From Phoronis australis (lineage: Eukaryota > Animalia > Phoronida): a stretch of 64,000 nt of DNA. How positions within the stretch are numbered: the stretch's first letter is position 1; each line of letters starts with the position of its first letter. The stretch spans positions 470,907-534,906 of the forward strand of contig NMRA01000250.1 in NCBI GenBank assembly GCA_002633005.1, given 5' to 3'. The notes beneath the pieces are model-generated. The model saw nothing but the letters and a program-made list of their open reading frames with translations, was not told the DNA's origin and searched no databases. Position numbers and translations under genes: made by a program. Shown in pieces: positions 34,401-46,124 of this stretch.

Positions 34401-37400
34401 TCAGGTTTAGGTTACACTTAGCACTTCTCAGCCAGTTGGTTCTGGTGACATGTTGTTAAAATGATATCCGTTTTACAAAATATTGGGCAATGATGGTCCA
34501 AGAAGTGGTTGAATCTTTCTACCATGTTATCAGTTTAGGATATCCACACCGTACACACTTTTAGGGAGCATACATTCCAACACACCTTTAGGGAGCATAC
34601 ATTCCAACACACCTTTAGGGAGCATACATTCCAAGCATCAATATCAACACAGGTTACAGTTTTCACTCCTGAATGGTATAAACACAGTTACAGTTTTCAC
34701 TCCTGAATGGTATAAACACAGTTACAGTTTTCACTCCTGAATGGTATAAACACAGTTACAGTTTTCACTCCTGAATGGTATAAACATGGTTACAGTTCTC
34801 ACTTTTGAATGGTATAAACACAGTTACAGTTTTCACTCCTGAATGGTATAAACATGGTTACAGTTATCACTCCTGAATGGTATAAACATGGTTACAGTTT
34901 TCACTCCTGAATGGTATAAACATGGTTACAGTTTTCACTCCTGAATGGTATAAACACGGTTACAGTTTTCACTCCTGAATGGTATAAACATGGCTACAGT
35001 TCTAACTTCTGAATGGTATAAACACAGTTACAGTTTTCACTCCTGAATGGTATAAACATGGTTACAGTTCTCACTTCTGAATGGTATAAACATGGTTACA
35101 GTTCTCACTTCTGAATGGTATAAACACAGTTACAGTTTTCACTCCTGAATGGTATAAACATGGTTACAGTTCTCACTTCTGAATGGTATAAACATGGTTA
35201 CAGTTCTCACTTCTGAATGGTATAAACAATACATGGTTACAGTTTTCACTCCTGAATGGTATAAACATGGTTACAGTTTTCACTCCTGAATGGTATAAAC
35301 ATGGTTGCATTTTCCAAGGTTCACCAGCTCTACTTCCAACACAATATAAGAGTTATGTCCTCCAAACAATCCATCACAAAATTAATAAGAGTAGTATATA
35401 TGGCTTATTATTAATATTCATCCTTCCTAGACTCATCTTTCTCGAAAACAACAGCAGTTTCGCATAATATGGCTTGTCTCTAAGATATACCCATAGTTTG
35501 ACACACAGAATCAGACCATAACGTGTATTGAATGGCTGAGCCAGAACTACCGTATTCGCCGTAATAACTGCCCAGGGCGCTTAGAAAAGTTCAGTTCAGG
35601 GGGGCGCTTATTATAACCCAAGGCGATTGAAACCCGGTCTCCGAAACGGGTGAAATCGGAAGCTAAGAATTCATCAAATTTACACTCTGTGACGTATATG
35701 TAATCTATGAAAGACTTTCAACAAAACTGGTGCATTGCTATCAACCTTTGCTGCTAAATTACGATCATGTTACAGAAAATTGTGCTGAAATCCCAGGGCG
35801 AAAACTCGCCGACTGACTGCCTCAAAATCGCCGTCTTCGATATGGCGACGTCAATGCTTGAATAAAATTTTTTTCGACTCAAGCAAATTACCTGAAATCC
35901 TCATTAAGTTTTATAAGTAGCGTCTCCAAGATATTTTAAGTTCCCGTGGAGTCTGGATTAACGGCAGGTTTAAGTACAAATATGTGCAACATCGTGCCAT
36001 CTACTGTATGATCGGCAACATGGCGAGAAAAATGTCTGGACGAACACACATGTTGTTGTCACGTGACATTTATTTTGAAGTTCGTCTGCGAGTAAGCGAG
36101 TGCGTGCGTGTCACCAGAGTTCATTTGCCAAAGCAGAGACCGTCTTTTGGCCAGAGCCACGCAATCTAACTAGCTAGATGTGTCTAAAGAAATTTGCACA
36201 AGCAGTAGGCTTAAACCAGAGCGAGTTTCATTCAGCACTTGCCGGTCTCGTGCTAAAAACTTTCGACATTTGTCTCGGTAAGGCCCATATTAGTCGCCGT
36301 GTAGCTGGATGCGTAAGTAACTATCTGACAGTTATTTTTTGTGTAAGGGTGTGTAAACATTCACTGTCAGTTGTCATTTTATCGGATATTCGGCTTAAGA
36401 ACACCAGTTATGGTTAATCAAACAATCCATATCAAAAATAATGCAAACATGTTTTATAGTATTAGAAATTGCCGGAAATTAGTGCCAATATTCATTTCTT
36501 ATCGATGCTATGCTACCCGTTTCATGAATGGATAGTTCCCGACTAATGTCTTTGATGACAGGTTCATGTATGTAGCGCGCGCTTCCTGGCCACGTGCGTT
36601 TAACAGCGAGTTATTTTTATTCATGAGACAGTCGATGAGTCTACTGAAAGGTCAGACCATATTGGGATGGGTCGTCGCGAGAGCGTAGAAATGCTGTTGC
36701 GTTCTTTTTGAAGCGCTGCGTTACTTTGAAGTGTAAAGTCACGGCTAAATACAAACGTAGCAGTGCCGCTGGTGGTCTACAGGACCCGTGCAAAAATTTT
36801 TTGATAAATTGAAGACGTTACTGTAGCCGAGTTTTAGGACTGTAGGTTCGTCATTGTTCGCATGTACACGTTCATGGACTGGGCGCTTATTTCAGAAAAG
36901 TCTGAAAACGNACAGTTCTCACTTTTGAATGGTATAAACATCGTTACAGTTTTCACTTTTAAATGGTATAAACATGGTTACAGTTCTCACTTTTGAATGG
37001 TATAAACATGGTTATAGTTCTCACTTTTGAATGGTATAAACATCGTTACAGTTCTCACTTTTGAATGGTATAAACATTTTCCGAGGTTCAGCAGCTCTAC
37101 CTCCAACACAATATAAGCGTTATGTCCTCCAAACAATCCATCACAAAATTAATAAGAGTAGTATATATATATAGATTATTACATGGCGAAGTCGTTATCC
37201 CCCGTTATCTAGAGCCCGAGTGGATTTTGGAGAATTATCGCCCGAGGGGCGTTAATTTATACCACATACTAAACGAGAAACATTGCAATGAATCGATTTA
37301 CCTTTTCTGACTCTCCACAGCTTTGTAACTACTTTCTATGTCAGAGGCCCGGGGTCGGAGGTCGTGACCTTTTAAGAAAAGCCTGGCTATTTTTGTCAAA

Positions 37401-40400
37401 TAATGCTTTTACTCAAAACCAATTGAAAACTTAAATATTATAGAAATAAATTGAATTTATAAATTAAGGTTTACCAACTATTATAGCTTAAAACACGTTT
37501 TCTTCACGCTAAGATTCGACCAGGAAATTATCGTCTGCTAAAGTAGATTACCACTGGTAACAGAACATAATTCACAAGTCAAAGATCCTGACGACACAAT
37601 ACCCGCATTCAAACTAGAGATCTTTGATTTACAAGTAAGAGGACACGAGAGAAAAATTTGACCGAATTAAGATATCATTTTTATGGAAATTATGTGTCTT
37701 ATTTTTCGTTGCGTATAAGTACAGTACAATGCGGTATGTTGAACGTGCGATTATTGCGCGTGCTCATTTAAGTATTCTATTTTCGCTCTTGATGACGTCA
37801 GTCACTGCGTGGTGTAGTGGTAAAGTCGGCGACCAGCAATATTAAGGTCCCGGGTTCGACCCCGTCCTCGGTTTCCCGCCAAATCGTTATCTCACTAGTG
37901 AGATAACTTTATGGGTTATTACACGGTTGTATCTGCCATTTGACGCTAATATTGTGGTATAAGGCTTATTATTAAATATTCATCCTTCCTAGACTCATCT
38001 TTCTCGAGAACAACAGCAGTTTCGCACAATCTGGCTCGTCTCTAAGATATACCCGTAGTTTGACACACAGAAGCAGACCATAGTGTGTATTGAATGGCTG
38101 AGCCAGAACTAATACTCTTATCCTCAGCGAAGAACAAAAAGACCTTCATGAAAAAGAGCTTTACATTTATTTACAGGAACAGTCATATAGAAAAACGATA
38201 AATATTTTGGCTTGTGTGCCTAATTTGAATTTTTTTGCTCACACACACAATAGAGCAGTAATCAATTTCACTTTTAAGTACCTCAAATTTTGAAAATATA
38301 ACACCCTTATCGCAGTCAGTTACTGCTCACTGTTTCTATTACTCACCAATAGAGGGTGGCTTGATCAGCTCCTCTTCTCAACTCAATCACTTGCCTTCGT
38401 GAATTAGTGTCGAACACGCGGATTAGTGTCCCCTGCATAGGCATAAAGGAAAAACTCTTGACATGGAGGAGTGTTGGCAACATTGACAAGTTTAAGTCTC
38501 AAGATATCATCTCCAGCTCTTAACGAGAATTACTTTTTCAGACAGATTTGGCCTATGTTGCGCCCCCTAGTGGATTAGTACTCAACAGTTGTGCATGAGG
38601 TACCTGAATGTTTAAAGTACTTAGTTTTGGGAAATTTTAATCCAACAGATTTGTACAAGGATACTCAATGTATTTATCAGAGTAAGCATACAGTACCCAG
38701 AAGCAGCACAAATGCCATGCATACTTGAAATTGAACAAGTGAACTACTTGCAAGTGATTCAAATTTAATCACATAAAAATCAGGAACCCCAACTAAGAAT
38801 CGAACCACAGGTCTCTCTATATTGCCATATTAGTGCTCTTACCAATGAGCTACTGAGGACCCGATATCTGTGCAATTACTGTTTACAGCCAACTGTTTCG
38901 CCATCCATCCCGTGAGAACTGTGGATCGATTCCCAGATGGGGTTCTTGATTTTTCTGTGTTTATTTGATTCACAGTCGGCTAACCTCAGCATCTATGTAA
39001 TATATTTCCATACAAGTGATGATATCCGCAAGTTACATGATCCAACTTAACCATTGCTCAAAACCAATGTAGTTAAGTTTAAGCCAATTCAACAGTACTG
39101 CAAGAAGTATGTTGTCCAGTATTCAGTTACCTTTTTTGATGCCGTGGCGACAAGATCTCCTTGGTGATTAATTGCTATGCACGCTAACTCGTTCTCATGT
39201 GCGTTGATAGTGACAGGAGAGCTGGATGATGATGGTTCAGTTGAGGCTAAGTCCTACAACAGAGGTGGTGGTCATGGACGGTAAACCACTTTTAAGGCCA
39301 TGTATGTCTTTATTGACATGTTTGTGGATTTAACAACATATCTAGAAAACTATTGATTTTAACTCAGTAAAAGACAAGTATAGATTTTCTGAAAGTACAC
39401 AACCTGTAGAATTTGATTTTTGAATTTTTACCAATCTGTCATTAATTGGGTCACTAGGCCATGTCTTTGTAGTAAAAATTAGCAAAAAAGAAACTTAAGG
39501 TACATGTGTTTAGCACAACAACAGCAACAATAACACGATCAAATGTTATTTGATGTACATGTTCAAGGTGAGATATTAAAAACGATGTTACAGTATTCTA
39601 AAATGTCATTTTGTTTTTGTTTGATGCAGCTATAAAGATTTTTCAGAAAGTCCTATTTTTGACAGCCCCTTGTGCAAATGTGGAAATTTGAAAACCAATT
39701 CCTGTCACCAGAACAGTGCATAAAACATGAATCTCATCAGCCATCTCTGAGATATGATGTTCAGAAGCAGGCCAAACTTGGCAATTCTTAAAGGGTCCTA
39801 CATCACCTTAAGGACTTTCCTTAAAAGACAAAAAGTGTGTCCCAGGAATGAATAAAAATCAGAGAGAGGGACAAAATTCCTCAAGTCAATGAAGTATTTT
39901 AATCAATTGTGTATCACTGCCAGATGGATTGTCTTGACGATAATTCAATCAGAAGTTTTTGATAATGCACAGACAAATGGCACTCTTATGTGTGTCCGCA
40001 AAAAGAATGAAATAAAAAATCATAAACTTCGAGTCAATGCCTGGGAAAAGAATTCTTTCCCGGAAACTTTCCCCATAGAGGGTGTTAGTAGGCTGACGTG
40101 CAGCCAAATTGGTCAGGCAATTCGCCCATTAAGGTCTTATCTATTGGAACCGACTCTGGTAATGATTCTTTATCACATGGTACTGGCTCAGCTACCCAGT
40201 GGTCATCTAGAGTACAAATGTGTGACATCCGCACTACCCACCTGCCCACCAACCCACCCACCTGCCCACCATCCAAACCACCAACCCACCCATTGCATGG
40301 AAGAGAGCACCTGACACCCTTTATCAAGCTTTATCTTACCACCAGCTGGAGACTTCCACACTTGTGCCCTGGAAAGACGAGCACCTCTCTATCAGAGCCA

Positions 40401-43400
40401 GCGTTCACTTCACAAAGGCCTGAAGAAAGGCATAAATTATTAACAGTATTAACAGAACTTAGTAAGTGAAATGGTAACACAGATTCAGAGTTAAAGATTC
40501 AGCATGTTTTAGCAACCATGACAATTTCTGTTCGGCCATGTGTGGAAAGATCACGGACGTGTACTAGGCAATTAGGCGCATGGATTTCTTGACCAAATTT
40601 GAGTTCCGGAGATTTGTCTCTTTACAGACACTGCAATACAAGTAAGTGGCCATTAAATCATTGTATTAACAGTTTTATGTATTGTTAAAGCCTATTATGA
40701 ACCCGCAATTGTTTAAAGACAGCTACTGAATAGAATTAGGCCACTTACCGCTATGTTCGGAAGCCCAATAGTGAACGGGCTATTAACGCACTCATTATTA
40801 TTGGGGACCAGTGTTTTCAGGGGACTGGGGGCGGTACCTTTAGAAAGCATTTTCAGCCTTTTTAGTATGTATATCTTACCTCTTGGGTTGTCCCGGGTCT
40901 CAAACGTGGCTAACTTTTTGGGGTTGCTAGGGAAGCTGAACTCATGGACTTGGTTACGCAGAACAACAAGCAGTCTGTAACAGTGACAACCATTATCAAA
41001 ATGCACTTGCACAAACAGTAGCATCAGAAGTTTGATTAAAACTGTGATGAGTCTTATCCTAGTGTCAAAAAACAACTTTCGCTGCAGGCATATTGCCCTC
41101 ACAATGACATCATGTTTTCATCCTCTCAATGTTTCAGTTCACATTGGTTACGGTAAAGTGCCTGGAACTTGCATGATAGTCATACAATACTGCAGTCAAA
41201 CCATGGTACCAATCTTTGATGGTACCATATTGAAGCCCAACAGTAAAGAGATGGTGCTATCTTACTCACTTGTACTTCCTCATCCTCACGCCAACCACTG
41301 GCTGAGCAAACGTAAGCTCCATCTTGAATACCTTCTCGTAGTCATCCCAAATTAAAACTGCAAATAAAACGCAACCAATAAAAACTCAGATACAAAGCAA
41401 TTCAAACATATTTTTTGTTGTACAACTTCCTTAGCTTCAAATACAATCCATCCTGCAACCGCGATGCTCACAGCCTTATGCTCTACTGAAAAGATAAATC
41501 CCACTCAATAAGTGGTACTTCAAGCCTATTGCAACGGTTACATCACTGCTAGACAAGAGCAGGAATTTGCAATTTGTATTAAAATCACAAAACTCAACTT
41601 ATTTTGCTGCCTTATAGCTCAGGGTGCTGTTTCTGTTATTGTCTTTAGACTTTAGACTAAACTCCAGTCAAACAGATATAGCTTAGTCTGTTTCACAAAA
41701 TACAACTAAAGCTGAAGTTAGAAAATCTATCAAAGATTTAAGTCAAAAGACAGACACCTTTAGCCAGCTCGGAAGTAGGTTAAAAGCTAAAGACAAAGAC
41801 AAAAAACAACATTTGCCTGCAGACTCTTCCAAAACCAGGCTCCTGGTCAAAGCCAATAACTTCATTATTATGTCTGTCCCATCCAACAATCCCAACATTG
41901 CGTTTCCCAGCCATAAAACCAATAATGTCCCTCTGATCCTGAATTCTGTAAATTAACAAGTAATTTCATTTTCTCCTAAGCACTATGGTATGTACATCTC
42001 GGCCTGGAATAAATAGAGCGAACAGTATCTCAGCAGACTACAGTCTACATTTTTACTGTCGCCGAGCCATGCAGAAGGTAAAGCCCATAGAGGACATAGT
42101 GTATGGCATGAGCAAAGCATAACGTCAAGTGAAATATGCCAGGTTCAAAAGGTAAAGCCCTTAGAGGACATAGTGTATGGCATGAGCAAAGCACATCGTC
42201 AAATGAAATATGCCAGGTTCACAGGAAACTAGTATTATCAGCAATGCGCATTTAATGAGTGTGATTATGCACAGTTTACCAGTGTTGGACGCAAACTTCG
42301 GGTGACTGCCTCCACCAACCACAGCAATGAAGTTTGATCTGTGCAGAACTTCAGCCATGGCTACACTGCCCATAATGTCCTGACCTGTGGATAAAACACA
42401 TTACCTTAGTTACCAGAATCAACAGGCAGTCATTAGAACACTCTGGCGGATCTAGAATTTCGCAATGGGGATGTGGCACAACAACTTTCTAAAAAAAGTC
42501 ACGTCACCCCAGCGGCAATTTTTGTCACGTCAGGGGGGTTGGGGCCCCACAGCCACCCATAAATCTACCCGTGGAACTTTAATTCGTCAATTGTGTCATG
42601 TACATGTACATTTCCTGTTTTAAAGTACAATCTATTAGTAACGGATTTGGGAAAAAACATGAGACTAGTGGACTTTTATATGGTAATCATTTCCTTTGGA
42701 AAACTACCCAGAACCAAAATACATAATTCTTTTCCATGTTCAAATTTTACAGCACGGCTACCACCAGACAAAATTTTGAAAAATTATCACGGGCGTTCAC
42801 AATTACGTTATAAGCCCTTGAAAATTGAAAAAAAATGACATTTTGGTGATCATTTCAGTCTAATTGATGAGAATATAGCGTCCTTGTAATGTTACCATGG
42901 GAATATGGAAAATTTGCCCTTGCTATCACACCAATTCATTATTGGTTTCTACCACAAAGTAATTGAGAGATCACTCGCGATACATACACAGTGACGAAGC
43001 AAAACCATCTTGGAGGGAATGACCAATTAAACTCTGTCAAAACTCCGGCATTTTCATAAACTTTTTGTTTGCAAGTGTCCCATTTGGTCAGCTTGGGATG
43101 GAACGTTTTGAACAAGAGTGCATAAAGTATATTATTTGAAAGTTTCATGTAAATCCGAAGTCATTTCTGAAACATGGGGTTCAAAAGTTTTAGCAAGTTT
43201 CTCATAACCTTACACATTGAGCCCAACTCACCTATGAATGCTTTCCTTAACAAAGGTTCTGTGTTATAAATACACAAACCATTTTCTGTTGAGCAGCTAA
43301 ACAGACCTAAAAATATATAATAGAATGGTAAAATTATCAAGTTTTGAGTAGCTAAACAGACCTAAAAATATATTGTCATGGTAAAATTATCAAGTTTTGA

Positions 43401-45295
43401 GTAGCTTAACAGACCTAAAAATATATTATAGAATGGTAAAATTATCAAGTTTTGAGTAGCTAAACAGACCTAAAAATATATTATAGAATGGTAAAATTAT
43501 CAAGTTTTGAGTAGCTAAACAGACCTAAAAATATATTATAGAATGGTAAAATTATCAAGTTTTGAGTAGCTAAACAGACCTAAAAATATATCACAGAATG
43601 GTAAAATTATCAAGTTTTGAACAGCTAAACATAATTACTACTTTACTAGTTCATGACTTTGATGCCTTTATCAGCGTGAGGTACAATTCGTTGAAAAGCT
43701 TCTGGCGTAAGGAGGGCCTATGGGATGGTCACCGTCACTACTGGACAGGGGTCAGTTGAGATGGTGGTCTAACACTAGTACAGTATTCGCCCTAATAAGC
43801 GCACAGGGCGGTTACAAAAATTCGCTTCAGGAAGGGGGGTGCTTATTACAGGCCAAAAGTGGTTGAAAACCGGTCTCCAAAACAGGTGAAATTGTAAGTT
43901 AGAATTCATCAAATTTAAGCTCTGTGATGCATCTGTAACCTATGACAGAGTTTCTACAAAATTGCAGTGCATTGCTAAAAACTTCATTGTTAAATTACGA
44001 GCCTTTTTCAGAAAATCCCAATGCGAAAACTCGCCGACTGATGCGTCGCTGCCTCGCGATCGCTGATAGGTCAACTTGAATTCTTGGGTAAAAATATAGT
44101 TTTGACTCCACAAATTACCTGAAGTCCTTCTTAAGTTTTCAAAGTAGCGTCCCTAAGATTTTTAAGTTTCTGTGGGGTCGGGATTAACTGCATGCATATT
44201 AAGTCCAAATCTGCGCTAGATCGTACTCCGCAACACGAGAAAAATCTCTGGGCGAACACACGTTGTTGTCACATGATGTTTGTTATGAAGTTCGTCTGCG
44301 TATTGTGTGAGAAAGAGAACGAGCATGTCATCAGAGTTCATTTGCTAGAATAAACGCGATGTAACGATCTAGGTTTGCCTTGTTACTATGGAAATGAACA
44401 CAAGCAGTAAAGCAGAACATGTTTTATTTAGCACTTGTTGATCTCATCTGCTAAAAATGTTCGAGAATTGTCTCGGTAAGGTCGATTTCAATTGAGTCGC
44501 CGGGTGACTGGTTGCGTGACAGTCTAACAGTTATTTTTTTGGGAGATTCGGTGGGTGTAAGATTACAGAAGTGTTCACTAGCTGAGTATCAGTGGATCAT
44601 TTTGTCCAATTACGACTAATTTAATAATTCCCCCTTAAAAATAAGGCAAACATTTTTTACGGTATTAGAAACTTTCGGAAATAAGTGCCAGTATTTATTT
44701 CTTGCTGATGCTATGCTACCCATTTCATGAATAGATAGTTTCTGAAGTCTAATCTTCAATGACAGATTCTTGAATGTAGCGCACACTTTGGTCATTGCCT
44801 ACTTAGCCACATGCTTTTAATTGAACGAAGGTCAAGTTTTTATTAATCTTTGATTTGCGGTTTTCATGTGTTCAAAGAGATTTGGATTCCTGTTGAGGGA
44901 GAAGATCTGTACAGGAAAGATACAATACAATCCCACAGACAAGTACGCTGCATCTGTTCTGAAAGGCCAGACCATAATAAGACACGTCCCTCGCAAGATC
45001 AGCAAAACTTGTGTTCTTTTTGAAGCACGGGGGAAGTTTGAAGTGTAGGTAGGGCATTTTTGCATGTACACAGCATTCATGGACTGGGCGGTTATTTTAG
45101 AAAAGGCTGAAAATGCGTGGGGGCTCTTATAGGGGCATGGGCGCTTATTAGGGCGAATACGGTAAAATAACACGGACAAACTTACTAATCCTGATCATTA
45201 ACTTTAACTTTAAATGCCTATAACATTCCTTATCCTAAGCAAGAATTACCGTTGTCTTGACTGAAACGTATGCAGTGTATTCCTGTAGAACACAT
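31304..45295 (-). CDS. WDR45: WD repeat domain phosphoinositide-interacting protein 4 (WIPI4/WDR45), PROPPIN autophagy factor, ~342 aa, 11 coding exons
   Basis: complement(join(31304-31413,31961-32079,34163-34264,38347-38432,39131-39253,40340-40419,40880-40974,41270-41357,42280-42384,43232-43306,45250-45295)); GT-AG introns, phases compatible, 1029 nt. Motifs [72 protein letters not shown] and DGTFHKYVF resemble human WDR45 more than WDR45B or WIPI1/2. Confidence 0.95.
31961..32079 (-). CDS. WDR45: WDR45 coding exon 10
   Basis: [39 protein letters not shown]. Confidence 0.93.
32250..32766 (-). mobile_element. Kolobok-like MITE
   Basis: Ends GGGTCCTACATACC|TTAA; collinear with 39292-39811; left boundary approximate. 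Confidence 0.6.
33251..33525. repeat. 45-bp minisatellite, about 6 copies
   Basis: AATCAACATTGGAAAATGTCCCCTACAAGATAACCAGGGATCTGC. Confidence 0.95.
34163..34264 (-). CDS. WDR45: WDR45 coding exon 9
   Basis: (C)[33 protein letters not shown]. Confidence 0.93.
34553..34634. repeat. ~29-bp tandem repeat x3
   Basis: ACACACCTTTAGGGAGCATACATTCCA. Confidence 0.88.
34650..35306. repeat. 33/34-bp minisatellite, about 19-20 copies (variant copies again at 36912-37077)
   Basis: GTTACAGTTTTCACTCCTGAATGGTATAAACA(CA/TG). Confidence 0.97.
35550..36910. mobile_element. pogo-like TA MITE, truncated at the N join (36911)
   Basis: TA|CCGTATTCGCCGTAATAA; homologous to 11430-12951; empty site with a single TA seen at 38110-38111. 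Confidence 0.9.
37172..37962 (+). mobile_element. ~800-bp tRNA-cassette element, second copy
   Basis: TAGATTATTACATGGCGAAGTCG ... GCTAATATTGTGGTATAA; tRNA-like 37801-37881; empty site visible at about 35395-35402. Confidence 0.85.
38347..38432 (-). CDS. WDR45: WDR45 coding exon 8 (LRRG phosphoinositide-binding motif)
   Basis: [28 protein letters not shown]. Confidence 0.95.
38754..38972. mobile_element. Fold-back element built from two inverted tRNA-derived (SINE-head-like) arms
   Basis: Minus strand 38862-38782 reads GGGTCCTCAGTAGCTCATTGGTAAGAGC...GGTTCGATTC (A and B boxes); 38913-38972 is an inverted copy of 38754-38813. Confidence 0.65.
39131..39253 (-). CDS. WDR45: WDR45 coding exon 7
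   Basis: [41 protein letters not shown]. Confidence 0.93.
39292..39811 (-). mobile_element. Kolobok-like MITE with both TTAA target duplications
   Basis: TTAA|GGCCATGTATGTC ... GTCCTACATCACC|TTAA; GG..CC termini rather than piggyBac CC..GG. Confidence 0.75.
40340..40419 (-). CDS. WDR45: WDR45 coding exon 6
   Basis: (G)[26 protein letters not shown]. Confidence 0.93.
40880..40974 (-). CDS. WDR45: WDR45 coding exon 5
   Basis: [31 protein letters not shown]. Confidence 0.93.
41270..41357 (-). CDS. WDR45: WDR45 coding exon 4
   Basis: (V)[28 protein letters not shown]. Confidence 0.92.
42076..42221. repeat. 73-bp tandem duplication
   Basis: AAGGTAAAGCCC(A/T)TAGAGGACATAGTG...GCCAGGTTCA twice. 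Confidence 0.9.
42280..42384 (-). CDS. WDR45: WDR45 coding exon 3
   Basis: [34 protein letters not shown]. Confidence 0.93.
43232..43306 (-). CDS. WDR45: WDR45 coding exon 2
   Basis: [24 protein letters not shown]. Confidence 0.9.
43291..43631. repeat. 55-bp minisatellite (about 6 copies) spanning the WDR45 exon-2 splice acceptor
   Basis: Unit GAGTAGCTAAACAGACCTAAAAATATATTATAGAATGGTAAAATTATCAAGTTTT; the first unit overlaps the exon. Confidence 0.95.
43781..45162. mobile_element. pogo-like TA MITE in the intron after WDR45 coding exon 1
   Basis: TA|CAGTATTCGCCCTAATAAGCGC ... GCGCTTATTAGGGCGAATACGG|TA. Confidence 0.9.
45250..45295 (-). CDS. WDR45: WDR45 coding exon 1
   Basis: [15 protein letters not shown](G), donor gtaatt; aligns with human GVTSLRFNQDQ. 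Confidence 0.85.
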
Positions 45296-46124
45296 GACAG
45301 AAATCAAATAGGTGCAGAAATATTGCAAGAAAAACGTAACCTCAACAAGTACCAAAACAAAAACGAAACAGGAACTAGAGGAAGTGAGTTTGGCCAATTT
45401 GCGGTTGTCGCTCAAAATGTAGCGCCTCTTGTGGTCTGAAAACAAGTTACTGGCTGTGCACCCTCACGAGCCAACAGGAGACGCTGCTAAAATGCCCTAT
45501 TTGTCTTTTTTGAGAATTTTTCCACCTAATGTCATAATATTTATCACTTTTCTTGTTCAGTAACTTCAAATGAACAAAACTCATTCAGTTTGGGTCTAGT
45601 GTTGTTGGTTTTATAAGGTTTTCTGTGCCAAATTTTGCAAAAAGTCAGATTGTTGAGGTCAAATTTCAATTCTCGAAAACGTGCAAGTCAAACCTTGGGA
45701 ACTCTTTAGATTTTTAAAGTATAATACTTAATGACCTTAAAACACCAAAATTATCTTGCCCCCAAAGTAGCCACGGAAGTCACTTTCTAGGCTTCCTGGA
45801 GTCGAATGGACGTATGGCCTATAATGGCGGAATGAAAAATATTAGTTTATCAAAAGAATTCCTTAAGAATGTATGAAGTCACAAGTTGACCTTCAGAGGC
45901 TGCAACATTGTCGAAATCCAAGAGGCGACAATTTCGTGGCAATCAAATGCGACGCATCTGACTTTAACCGACAACTTCCTTCGCTACCGTCAACAAACAA
46001 ATGTGCTGCGCGTTTTGTTGATTTGCGCTATNCCGTAAAACAATGGCTGTCTAATCGATAATCGCCATTACGCAACATCTGGGAAAAGTCAATCAGCGTT
46101 GAGATAAGACTTTGTCACGTCCCT

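Noticed and set aside
16199-35306. 30-, 33- and 45-bp arrays as CRISPR arrays
   Set aside because: Head-to-tail units with no unique spacers, no cas genes, and a eukaryotic intron context.
39889-40469. 141-aa and 123-aa Pro/His-rich ORFs
   Set aside because: Derived from a CCCA-type microsatellite and the antisense of WDR45 exon 6.
45185-45260. Alternative WDR45 exon bounded by tttcag and gtaag on the minus strand
   Set aside because: The frame matching WDR45 (IRFSQDN) uses the donor at 45249; this alternative gives stops or no homology.
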